A stretch of 51,784 nucleotides of DNA, taken from the NCBI GenBank assembly GCA_900617105.1, contig UYFQ01000728.1, positions 1 through 51,784 of the forward strand, written 5' to 3'. Both the position numbers and the translations under genes were made by a program. Numbering within the stretch: the stretch's first letter is position 1; each line of letters begins with the position of its first letter. The DNA comes from Hydrurus foetidus (taxonomy: Eukaryota). Below the pieces are notes generated by a model, which saw only the letters and a program-made list of their open reading frames with translations, did no database searches and was not told the DNA's origin. Positions 26,201 through 41,600 of this stretch are shown in pieces.

Positions 26201-29200
26201 ACGAGCGAGTACGATAACAGTCGCTAGGAATCAAATTGCACATTAGAAAGTTCTCAGGGGATTCTCTATATTGTTGCATCACGATAGTCTGTACTATATC
26301 ACACAACATTATTTGACGCGACGCATCATGCCCCTACCGCACATTGCATGGTACAACAGTAATTTACGATGCTGTACTGGCTAGCACTCGCATACACATA
26401 ATCGCACAATACAATACAATACAATACAATACAATACAATACAATACAATACAATACAATACAATACAATACAATACAATACAATACAATACAATACAAT
26501 ACAATACAATACAATACAATACAATACAATACAATACAATATAATACAATACAATATAATACAATACAATACAATATAATATGATACAATACAATACAAT
26601 ACAATACAATACAATACATTACAACACAGCACACCACCACACAGCACAGCACTACACTCCATCACACAACACAACACTACGCAACACCAAACAGCACAAT
26701 ACCACACAACACGACACAACACAACACAACACCATACGGTATTCTACATAGCGATCAAGAAGCACTTCGTCTTATCTGATCACCTCATCGCTATAGATGT
26801 CCACACATTTATTCCAGAAGCTAATTCTGTGTTCCGCGATCTGTACTGACGCCACAGCATTTGAAATCTGTTGACGTGCGTTCATGAGAAGGGTTTCTCG
26901 ATCTCTCTTGGCCCTGTCGCTTTTGTCACGCACCCACTGCTTCCAGGCGTAAAAAGTACTCTGAAGATAAAGATGCAGATAAGGATGTAGAGGCAATGCA
27001 TAAATGTAATTGTTAGACAGACGTGATCAGTGGATATTTTGGATTTGAAGACAAATGCAGACACATGTAGAGATATAAGTGCCTCATTCTGTAACCTTGA
27101 CACCGATGCCACTCATGTTTTGCCTGACGACATCGATAATATACAGGTCCCTCTCCGCTTTCTCTTTCGCATCTGCCACAGATATCTTGATGTACTGATG
27201 TCTATACTCATGGGACAGCTCACGCACCAGCTCCACTGCTGACCCTGCACTACTCCTGTGAAAATCAGTCAGAGAAGGGTAGGACAGTGTATTTCAGTGC
27301 GGTAGAGTGCAGTTCAGTATAGTGTAGGGCACTGTAGGGCAGTGCTTTTCAATGAAGAAGTGTGTGGTGTTACAAGTGAGCTATAAGTGAAGAAATAATG
27401 GCTGTGATCGCGACACAGTGAGATCAAGAATCCATCACTTAGTCAAAGTGCATCACATAACCCACAAGTCACTCACCTTAGGAACCTTTTGCCTCTTGCT
27501 TCCATGACGTCCTTCACTCGGCGGAATCGTCTGCGCAAGTAGCGATTCTCCCTCAATATCCGTTCCCTTTCTTCCGTCTTAGCTGCGATAGCTTCTTCTC
27601 TGTGTGCTTCAGCGTCAACACTGTCACTCCCACTGCCATTCCTCTCATCCGCTGATGAGAGAACATCTTCTGCAAACTCTTCTTCGAGAATCTTCTTCAC
27701 TCGCTTAGCGGTATCCACGGCTCGCCCTGCTAAATTCTTCGCAATCCCTATTGCCACGTCAATAGCGCTTTCCTTCTGAATAGGCACTAGCGTTTTGTCC
27801 GCACTGTCATGAGGGACGAAGGACCTTGCTCTGACTGCTGTGTACTCGATCTCTGCAGCTGATGCTGCCCGTAGCCGGGACCTTACGGCCAAGGCTTCTA
27901 TTGCGCGTAGACGTGCGTCCCTCTTATCCTGCTTAGCGTTATTTTCATCATCACTCTCTGGTTCGATATCTCCTGATAATTTGGCGAGTCGCCCATCTTC
28001 ATCACTTCCACTCGATTCGTCCTCATCTATATCAAATATGAAGTCATCAACGATGTCGCACTCATTCTCACATCTCAGCATCAGCCGCAGCAGCCTCACA
28101 TCCTCTTGCATGTTACCAAGCTGCATTGTGATATTCATCGCCTTTGCTTCTGTTTGCACTGTAAGAAATCCTCCAGGAATCATGGTGGGACACTTGAGAG
28201 TTTCTTCTAATACGCTCAGCTCGGATCGCATTCGTTCTGCATGTTGATCTCTCTCGATTCGAGTTCTGTAGAGCAACTTATCGTACTTCCTTGTTATTCT
28301 CTTCTTCCTTCTGTTAGCGACACGTAGTCTCCATCCCTTCTTGATGCCCTCTATACCATCTGCTGCGATAACTTTGCTGGATTGCTCTAACACAGCTGCA
28401 GAGAGCCACTCCTTGCCCTCCAGGGAATCCAAGTACGACTCTGCTTCATGTCGAGCTCTGTCTACCGCATCAGTCACACTGCTCTCTTTATATCTATCCC
28501 ATAGCCTTCCTTGACGATCAGCTTCAGCACACAATTTCATTTTAATCATGGTGCATAATCGTTCACACATAAATCCAATCTTAGGGGGCACACAGGGCTT
28601 TCTACTTCCCTTATCAGAACAAGAACAAATCCGAAAGCACGCACTCCTGACCTTCAAAACTGGACCGAAAGCATCTGAATAGTTAGCAAATGCCCATTGA
28701 ACATCTCTCTCGCTGTATGGATAGAAAGATGTTTTATACTTCATCTCGACAACTCTCTTCAAATCTTGTTCTTTCCAATATTCCTGTAGTTTGGGCAGAA
28801 GAACGTTCCAGAAATAAGGCATCTGTAACGCAAACCACACATCCACACTTTCATCCGTTGTGGCGTTGGCTTCAAATTCAGAGGGATCAACTATGTTTTT
28901 GTCCAAAGCCTGCAGTTCATGAGAGATAACGTAAATGAAATAATTAGTAGAGATACTATTTCATGATATAAAATAGAGCCGCAGTAAATTAGATGATAAA
29001 AGATAGAAGGGAAGATGAGAATACTATTCTTCAGCATTTTACTATGAACATTTCTCCAACAAAAGGAAATAACAAGTCGTATGATCCAGTCGTATGAGAT
29101 TTAATAGATTAGAGAAGAGTACCTGCTGTAAACAATCCTGAGTGCTAGTTATGATGTCTAAAATCCTGCCCTGCTCGTCATTTTTCACTTTATCTTGAAA

Positions 29201-30301
29201 GTACTTCACCACTCCTGCAGCGCCACTCCGCAGAATTTCAGGGGGTGGATCATTCAGTGAATAGTTTCCCTCTACTCGCAGTACATTCAAATTTACCAGC
29301 TTGTGCAGCGTAATAGGCAGTTTGAGAAGATTGTTGAAATCTAGTGACAGCTCCTTTAACTTTCTGAGATCACCAATATTATCCTAACACCATTCGAGTG
29401 AGATGTAATGACATTACAGTACACCAAATATTAAAACTGTGCAGTATTGCCGGCTTCTTACCGGAATTAGTCTAATTCTGTTTGCTGACAATCGTAAACT
29501 CCGCAAAGACTTACTGTTCGAAAGTTCCGAGGGAATGTAAGACAGAACATTTTTACATGCGCTCAGAACCATAAGATTGGGCATTCTTGCTAGACATCGT
29601 GGAAGATGGAGAAGCTCATTACAGTTCACATTAAAATACTTACAGCTACTCATTCTATCCAAATTCTCAGGTAGAATCTTCAGTTTGTTGCATTCTAAGT
29701 TAACCTTAACCAACAGATTTAGGTCCCCGAAAGTTGGTGGCAGCGATTCTATTCTATTATTGGCAATCTCCAATTTGAGCAAGTTTGTGAGTCGACCAAT
29801 CTGACCTGGCAGTGAAACCAACTGATTGTTCAGTAAATTCAGTATTTGAAGATTTCTTAGTTCAAATAAATTTCCTGGTAGCGTCACCAACTTATTGTTT
29901 GCTAATGAAAGAGCCTCGAGCGATCCCAATTTCATGCAGAAATCATCCGACAGATTATGAAGGGATAAGCCAACGAGTCGCAAACTGCGTAACTTCAAAC
30001 CGAATGTGTCATAAAAATTGAACAAAAAGGGATCTATGAACGTTAGCTCGCTCTTCCAAGAAAGATCAAGTTGCCCTCCATGAAGAGATGCCTCTAAGGC
30101 AGCGCTTTTCCAAAGTCCATGCAATCTTTTTGCTTCTGCGCAAGCCTCCTCTTCTTTTCGAAGTCGGAGTTCTTCAGTTTTCTCCCTATAAAGTTCTTCA
30201 AGTTGTAATTTACGTTGATGGGCTGGATCAAGTAGGACATTTCCATGGATTTCCTCCTCCGCATTGAAGCCACCGCCGTCGATCGGCAGAGGATGACTCA
30301 T
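23246..30301 (-). CDS. Large multi-exon leucine-rich-repeat protein with coiled-coil/low-complexity C-terminal part
   Basis: ATG 30301 (MSHPLPIDGG). Tandem LRRs (LEALSLANNKLVTLP, LQILNLLNNQLVSLP, LLKLEIANNRIESLP) and the cap GNYSLNDPPPEILRSG..GVVKYF. Downstream minus-strand ORFs (27473-28906, 26772-26996, 24600-25784, 23787-24005, 23246-23617) are flanked by GT-AG sites. Joining them into one gene is inferred. Confidence 0.7.
26406..26735. repeat. Intronic (ACAAT)n microsatellite grading into ACAAC/ACAGC units
   Basis: Near-perfect ACAAT array 26406-~26616 followed by degenerate pentamers. It explains the CIVLY/YNTIQ ORFs. Confidence 0.97.
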
Positions 30302-30756
30302 TGCGTCAGAGCATGAGCAAGGTCTGCGATGAGGATCATTTTGATGTGGGTGGATTCGATCGTCCGATTTTGAAAGTGCTTGGCATGAAAAAGTGAAGAG
30401 GGCAATTATTCTCAATTCTCAGGGCAATCCGTAATTTTCGTCTTCTGTGCTGCGAATTATGGAGTATGGAGTACGAATATTACGGGAATATTCCATCATT
30501 GATGACTGATGACTGATGACATTTGACATTGATGATGAACTTTATGATAACTATTCTCCAGCAGCCTCAGCAGAGCATATCTCCTCAATGGTGTCAACTG
30601 CAGCACGGGGGTATCTCTGAGTGGCTTCTTCACATGGACTAAGATTTGAGCGAAAATGCGTAGATCAGCGATGGAGGAGCTGAGAATGCCCGCCAGAAGT
30701 GATCCAATCAGGAGAGAAGTTTGACTTCGTTAAAATAACGCGTTTGTTGAGCCACG

Positions 30757-35853
<5,097 letters not shown>

Positions 35854-36106
35854 TTCTCCTTGCGTACATCGTTGATTTCAATTGCAACTTCCTCAAGATA
35901 TTATCATGCCATAAGGCTTGATCATTTGTCTAAGAAAATCGCAAGTAAAGAGCTCGCTTTCTGTTCTATAGAATGATTCATAACAGAGAAAATAAATCAG
36001 TTAACAATGTATGTGAGGCGAGCTGTCTAACAGAAGGCTCAAGCCGTATAAGAATATAAATCTATTTGAGTACTTCACTCGCTGTAGGGCAGAGTTGTGT
36101 ACCCGC

Positions 36107-36973
36107 TCAAAACATTTGACCGGTGCGCTCCAGAAAATTTTTCTTCGCTATTCCCCAGGCTATTTTTGCCTCTGGCTCACGATCAGTTACTGAAACCACG
36201 TCATACTCAGTAGTCCCCTTGACGAGGATTTCCCATTTGCCAGGATACACTCTTGTCAGCCACGCACCAAGTCGACTACCTCCAACTGCGATGGGACTCA
36301 GGAACACAGCCTGCACCGCTGACGAGTAAAACTCTTTGGTGACTTTTGTGAGGGCAGGGTAAATGAACCAAGGATAGTAGCCATTTCGTAGTCTGTCCAA
36401 ATTCCCATTAATAATTATCATCGGTGCGCCTCTATCCAGCTTAGGGATATTTATCCATTCATCGACGCTGAATCCAGGATTGATAATTATCATCAATTGA
36501 GGGATGGCCGCAGGTTTATTCTCCATGAGCCCCTCTATGGATGTCATGGTGAAAGGTAAGTCCTCCCCCCATTTCTCGCGGGCTAGAAAGCACTCTTTCT
36601 TGTCAGGAAATAGGACCCACAAATCTTTGCCATACGAGGAGAAAGAATTGATGAATTGCCGCGTAAACTGACGATTTGTGTCCAGAGTCTCTCCTAGACT
36701 AATATCGTTTTTTCTGTTCGCTGGAAACTCTACCTCGATAAGTTTAGATCCCTCGTCAATGCAAAGCTTACAACTATCGACTGATTTCCTCAGAATGGCG
36801 GAGAGGTAATTATTCTGATCACTATTAAATAGAAATCCTGTCTTGCCCTCCAGCGACATGTGTAAGATTGGCTGACGAGTTGAATGCTGAAGAACGCGGT
36901 AACTTCGTCCAAAGCTGGCCATAAGTAGCAGACAGGTAACGCAATTGACTAGAGATAATGAGAGGCGCGCCAT
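36107..36973 (-). CDS. DUF1995-domain protein, probably plastid-targeted (bipartite presequence), intronless
   Basis: Motifs LIEVEFP, VLFPD..E and IIINGNLDRLRNGYYP are typical of DUF1995. The N-terminus MARLSLSLVNCVTCLLLMASFGRS-YRV...LHMS resembles a signal peptide plus transit peptide. ATG at 36973 is preferred to the LTR-derived ATG at 37234. Confidence 0.8.
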   Translation of the reverse strand: MARLSLSLVNCVTCLLLMASFGRSYRVLQHSTRQPILHMSLEGKTGFLFNSDQNNYLSAILRKSVDSCKLCIDEGSKLIEVEFPANRKNDISLGETLDTNRQFTRQFINSFSSYGKDLWVLFPDKKECFLAREKWGEDLPFTMTSIEGLMENKPAAIPQLMIIINPGFSVDEWINIPKLDRGAPMIIINGNLDRLRNGYYPWFIYPALTKVTKEFYSSAVQAVFLSPIAVGGSRLGAWLTRVYPGKWEILVKGTTEYDVVSVTDREPEAKIAWGIAKKNFLERTGQMF

Positions 36974-37111
36974 CCTGTAGACTTCCTCAATTACAATGAA
37001 CCTTTGCTCTTCGAAAGAGCAATATTGTGGATGCACAGTTGCTACTGACCACCTTCGTATGCTGTATGTAGGTTGCAAACTGCAAACTCTGAGAAATAAG
37101 CAAGAACCGTG

Positions 37112-37477
37112 TGTCGGAATAACTGTGTGATAAGTAACCGTATAAGTTATTACGTATGTACATTTAATGACGTTTCGTACGTCGTGTGCCACGTGGAGGT
37201 CGCTACTCCACCGGTCCAAGTTCTTTTTCCACATCCAGGAACATTAAAAATGAAAGTACACCATGTTTGACTGTGCGGGACAGATCGAATTTCTCGACTG
37301 TCTCCATGAACGATGTAAGCTACGTTGCATTGTTAATTACTTTAAACTCCAAACCAAACCCACTTTCGCCTTGAGCCCGGGAAAGTGACCAGAAGCCAGG
37401 TTGAAGTTGCAGAAGGAGAGCGGACCCAGGAAGGATTTAGTTGCCCATTCAGTGGAACTAAAGCGTGGACTCCGACA
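37112..37477 (+). repeat. 5' LTR (366 bp)
   Basis: TGTCGGA...TCCGACA 7-bp terminal inverted repeat; no differences from the 3' LTR found by eye. Confidence 0.97.
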
Positions 37478-37488
37478 TAATTAACAAT
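37478..37488 (+). promoter_or_regulatory. Non-tRNA primer-binding site TAATTAACAAT, complementary to LTR 37329-37339
   Basis: Directly abuts the terminal CA of the LTR, lacks TGG, and is the exact reverse complement of ATTGTTAATTA in the LTR. Confidence 0.75.
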
Positions 37489-37502
37489 TGCACTTTCATC
37501 CT

Positions 37503-38615
37503 ATGAAAGGAAAAGTTGCAGACAAGAAACCTTCTGGCAAGGGCGGCCCTGCCAACGGCGGCAGAGGCAACGCCGGCCGTGGAGGCTTCAAGCCTCCACC
37601 CCGAACAGGAACGGTAGCGGCCATAGGCGCGTTCCTGGATTTGGGGAAGGAAATGAACCATGGTAGCGTAAGCGCATGGATGAGAAAATTTAGAGAGTAT
37701 ACGCGGACCAACTATAAATCAGACATTTGTGACATATTTGGGAACGAAGGCATACCGGGAGAATATCCCGTCCTAGTGGCTCCTGCCGATATAGCGGAGG
37801 ACGCGAACTTCATGCAAATTGCAAGATGGAAGAAAACACTGGACCTCTACGACAAGAAAATGACGGAGCTAGAAACCGACAAGAAGCAGGTCTTCGGCCT
37901 GATGCTAGGTCAGATAAGCGAGACGTCTAAGGCGACTATCCGCGAAACTGAACCGGGCCTGGCCGCGATCACAGCGGAGAACCCGCTGTTATTCATGAGA
38001 GCCATCATACTCACCCACCTGTCCGACCCGAAGCTGGGAGCAGACGAGAACCTACTACGGGTAAGGATGGCCTATGAGACCGTAAGAATGGAGCCCAACG
38101 ATGTCCTTAAGTACTACTACCAGCGCTTCAAAGCCCTGAAGACTGGATACGATGACACCAAACGGGTCCTAGGGATCGAGCCGGTGTATACACCGGCCAT
38201 GACCATACACGAGAATCTTCTCACGGGTATGAAGTTCATGAAGGGACTCAACTCGGGGTACAAACAATTCGTAGAATACTACGAGCATGGGATCAAGGAC
38301 TGGCCAGATTCGCTAGATGAAGCGTACTTAGAGATGGCTAAGGTGACTCCCAGAAAACCGGCCGGAACGGGCCCACCTAATCAATCTAATATCTTTGCAG
38401 TGAAAACAGCTGGAGGAGATAAATCAGTAGGTAGAGAGAAGGGAAAGTCAACTGGGGATGCGGGAAAAGGGAAGGGTGCACGTCCGGGATACGGCACCCG
38501 ACCCGGGATCTGTAATTCATGTAAGGAACCGGGACACTATGCATATGAGTGCACTGCCCAGGAGAGCCAATCGGCTGCATCAGCAGCCAGTGGACACTCG
38601 AAATCGGTAAACTAA
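37503..38615 (+). CDS. gag: Copia Gag with CCHC zinc knuckle
   Basis: ATG 37503; G/K/R-rich N-terminus; capsid-like core (FGLMLGQISETSK...YYQRFK); CNSCKEPGHYAYEC; TAA 38613-38615. Confidence 0.92.
   Translation: MKGKVADKKPSGKGGPANGGRGNAGRGGFKPPPRTGTVAAIGAFLDLGKEMNHGSVSAWMRKFREYTRTNYKSDICDIFGNEGIPGEYPVLVAPADIAEDANFMQIARWKKTLDLYDKKMTELETDKKQVFGLMLGQISETSKATIRETEPGLAAITAENPLLFMRAIILTHLSDPKLGADENLLRVRMAYETVRMEPNDVLKYYYQRFKALKTGYDDTKRVLGIEPVYTPAMTIHENLLTGMKFMKGLNSGYKQFVEYYEHGIKDWPDSLDEAYLEMAKVTPRKPAGTGPPNQSNIFAVKTAGGDKSVGREKGKSTGDAGKGKGARPGYGTRPGICNSCKEPGHYAYECTAQESQSAASAASGHSKSVN
38606..38612 (+). promoter_or_regulatory. Candidate -1 ribosomal frameshift heptamer G_GTA_AAC just before the gag stop
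   Basis: X_XXY_YYZ phase in the gag frame (TCG GTA AAC TAA); a -1 shift enters the pol frame (LNTLHYSS...). Confidence 0.6.
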
Positions 38616-41600
38616 ACACATTACATTATTCCTCACCCACATACGCACCCCCACACACACACACACCCGTACATGCACTTACCCCCACCGGTCCACGTTT
38701 GGCTGACTCCACTAGCGGGGTTGAATCGTGCGACCGTATTGTATTTAGTGCAAACACTTGTAATATATACAATGCAATTAAAACAAAACACATACTGCTT
38801 GATACTTGTGCTGGTGAGTCGGTATTCAACGACTCATCCCTGTTATACAATGTAAAATCTGCCACCACTCCCATGATTGTTAGCGGGGTGAATCCGAAAG
38901 GAAAACCGCTAATAGTCAAGGAGCGTGGCGAATCAGCGTTTGGCAATGTATATTATAGCCCTGACTGTGCTGGTAACATACTGTCTTTCGGTAATGCTGT
39001 ACGTGACTGTACTGATGTTATGTACTTACATGACCATGACTGTTACATAGTACAGGATGTCACTGGTAATTATTTCTACAGATTCTCACGAGATGAATCT
39101 ATGAATATATACCAATGCAACCTTGACACTATGGTGACTAAATGCATGCCACTATTAGTTACAACCGTAGAAGAGAAAAAGAAGAAGTATACAGTTAGAG
39201 AGGTCAGAGACGCTTCGCTAGCTAGAGACTATCAGCGTAGGCTAGGTTACGCTAGCGCAGCACAAACTATCAAGTTGATATCCCAAGGGAATTTGACTAA
39301 CAGTAAAGTGACTGCGCGAGACGTACACCGAGCAGTAGACATATGGGGACCAGACATTGGATCCCTAAAGGGTAAAACTACTAGCCACCAAGCTAAGCTA
39401 GAAGAGAAGTTACCTCTTATAGGCACAGAGTATAAGACAGAACAGATCATGTACATTGATATAATGTTTGTCAACCAAATACCTTACCTAGTATCAGTTG
39501 TACAGCCTATTGAATTCCTGTTTGTTAGCAAGCTAGCCAAGAGAGATCACAAAACACTATGGAATAGTCTAAAGACAGCCATAGCAGGCATGACTAAGTA
39601 TCACTTTAAGATTAAGATGATAAGAGTAGACGGTGAAGGCGCCATAAACACCGAATGGTTCCACAACAAAGTCAGTCTCAGAGGTATCATTTTAGATGTT
39701 ACCGGAGCCGGGGAAGCCGTAGCCGTAGTGGAGCGTAAGATTAGACATATCAAAGAGAGAGTCAGATCCGTTATTAACACGCTGCCATTTGAATTAAGCG
39801 AGAAACTTGAAGTGTGGTTAGTTAAGTATGCAGTCAGTAGAATTGTATTAGCTCCCACACGTAACTCTATAGATCACATCAGCCCACGAGAGAAACTCAG
39901 CGGTAGAAAGATTGATGTAGATAAAGAGATTAAGCACGGTTTTGGTGATTATGTCCAAGTGCACAATGATGTTATTGACAACTCTACCAAACCAAGAACA
40001 GCCGGGGCCATAGCACTTATGAGCTCCGGCAATCTAGAAGGTTCATGGTACTACATGCTGTTAGCAAATGAACAAATTGTTAAACGTACAAAAGCAACCG
40101 TACTACCCATGCCTAACGAAGTTGTGTTACACTTAAACAGTCTGGCAGCGAATAGAAAAACTGCCAATGTTAAACAACCTGTATTCGAGAATAGCCACAC
40201 CGTATTCGATGATGATGATGATGTTGACGATGACCCTGAATACATTGGTGACATTGAGTATGATACCATTGACGAATCTGCTGACGCAGAAGAAACCGAT
40301 GAAATCACTGAAGACAACCAACACGTTGACAATGACACATACCCTGAGCCACAACAATATATGTACGATGAAAACAACCCACCGACATTAGATGAGTATG
40401 TAGATGACACACTATATACGAATGACACCACTCATACTAATGACGAACTATATTACGATAACCACACACATGATGATGCGAATCAATACGAAACACATGA
40501 GCGTTCACCCAGATACGATCAAGCACTAATTGATGATATATTTGGAATAAGTGATGATGAAAATGACTTTGACGATGTAACTGCGCAACCCGAAGTATTC
40601 TCACCACCTTCAGTAATAGAAACAGAATATGATTTACCAGACAGTGTTTCACCTTTGTTGCGTAGAAGTGGTAGAAACCACCAACTAGGTAAATGGAATA
40701 GGAAATATGTTGGTAGCATATTTTATAAAAACACATCCCTATATAAGATGACTGTTAGTGAAGGAAATAATAAGTTAGGGGTGCTAGCTGTTGATTCCAT
40801 TACATCCGAATTAAAACAAATGTGCGATAAGGATGTATGGGAAGGTGTAACTTATGAATCACTTACACCTAAACAAAAACGCACCATCATACCGAGTAGT
40901 ATGTTTCTAAAAGAAAAGTACACGGCTGATGGTATGTTTGAAAAACTGAAATCTAGACTAGTAGCCGGTGGGCACCTACAAGATAGAGATGTTTATAACA
41001 ATGGTGCATCCCCTACTGCTAGCACATCCAGCGTATTTATACTAACTGCGATTGCTGCTAAACAGAACCGTGCTATTGCCACTGTTGATTTCCCTGGTGC
41101 ATTTCTGAATAGCGATATGCCGCTGACCGGTGACCATGTTGTATACATGCGATTAAATAAACAACTGACTGCTGCACTAATACAAATAGACGCAACATAT
41201 AACAAATACATAAATAAGAATGGAACATGTATTGTGAAACTAAAGAAAGCTTTATATGGATGTGTAGAATCTGCTAAGCTATGGTATGACAAACTATCCA
41301 GCGATTTGAATAAACTCAATTATACTGCAAACGAATACGACATCTGCGTATTCAATAGAACCGAAACTGATAACACACAAACCTCATTAGTAATTCATGT
41401 TGACGACATGATTATTACTGCTTCAACCGAATCCTGCGTGGATGAGGTTATAAAGCAGATTGAAACTATATACCCCGGTCTAACCAAACACCGCGGCAAA
41501 GTATTAAATTACATAGGTATGACCTTCGACTTCAATAACGAAGGAGTAGTCAAGATGACGATGGAAGGGTTTGTAAAAGATCTCATTGAGGGGTGCACGG

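Noticed and set aside
26326..26722. CIVLY/YNTIQ repeat ORFs
   Set aside because: Translations of an intronic microsatellite.
38607..38748. GTAAAC as a splice donor removing the gag stop, with CTGAC branch site and AG acceptors at 38715 or 38748
   Set aside because: The donor is phase 0 but both acceptors resume at codon position 3 of pol. The first in-phase AG (~38818) would delete the protease active site.
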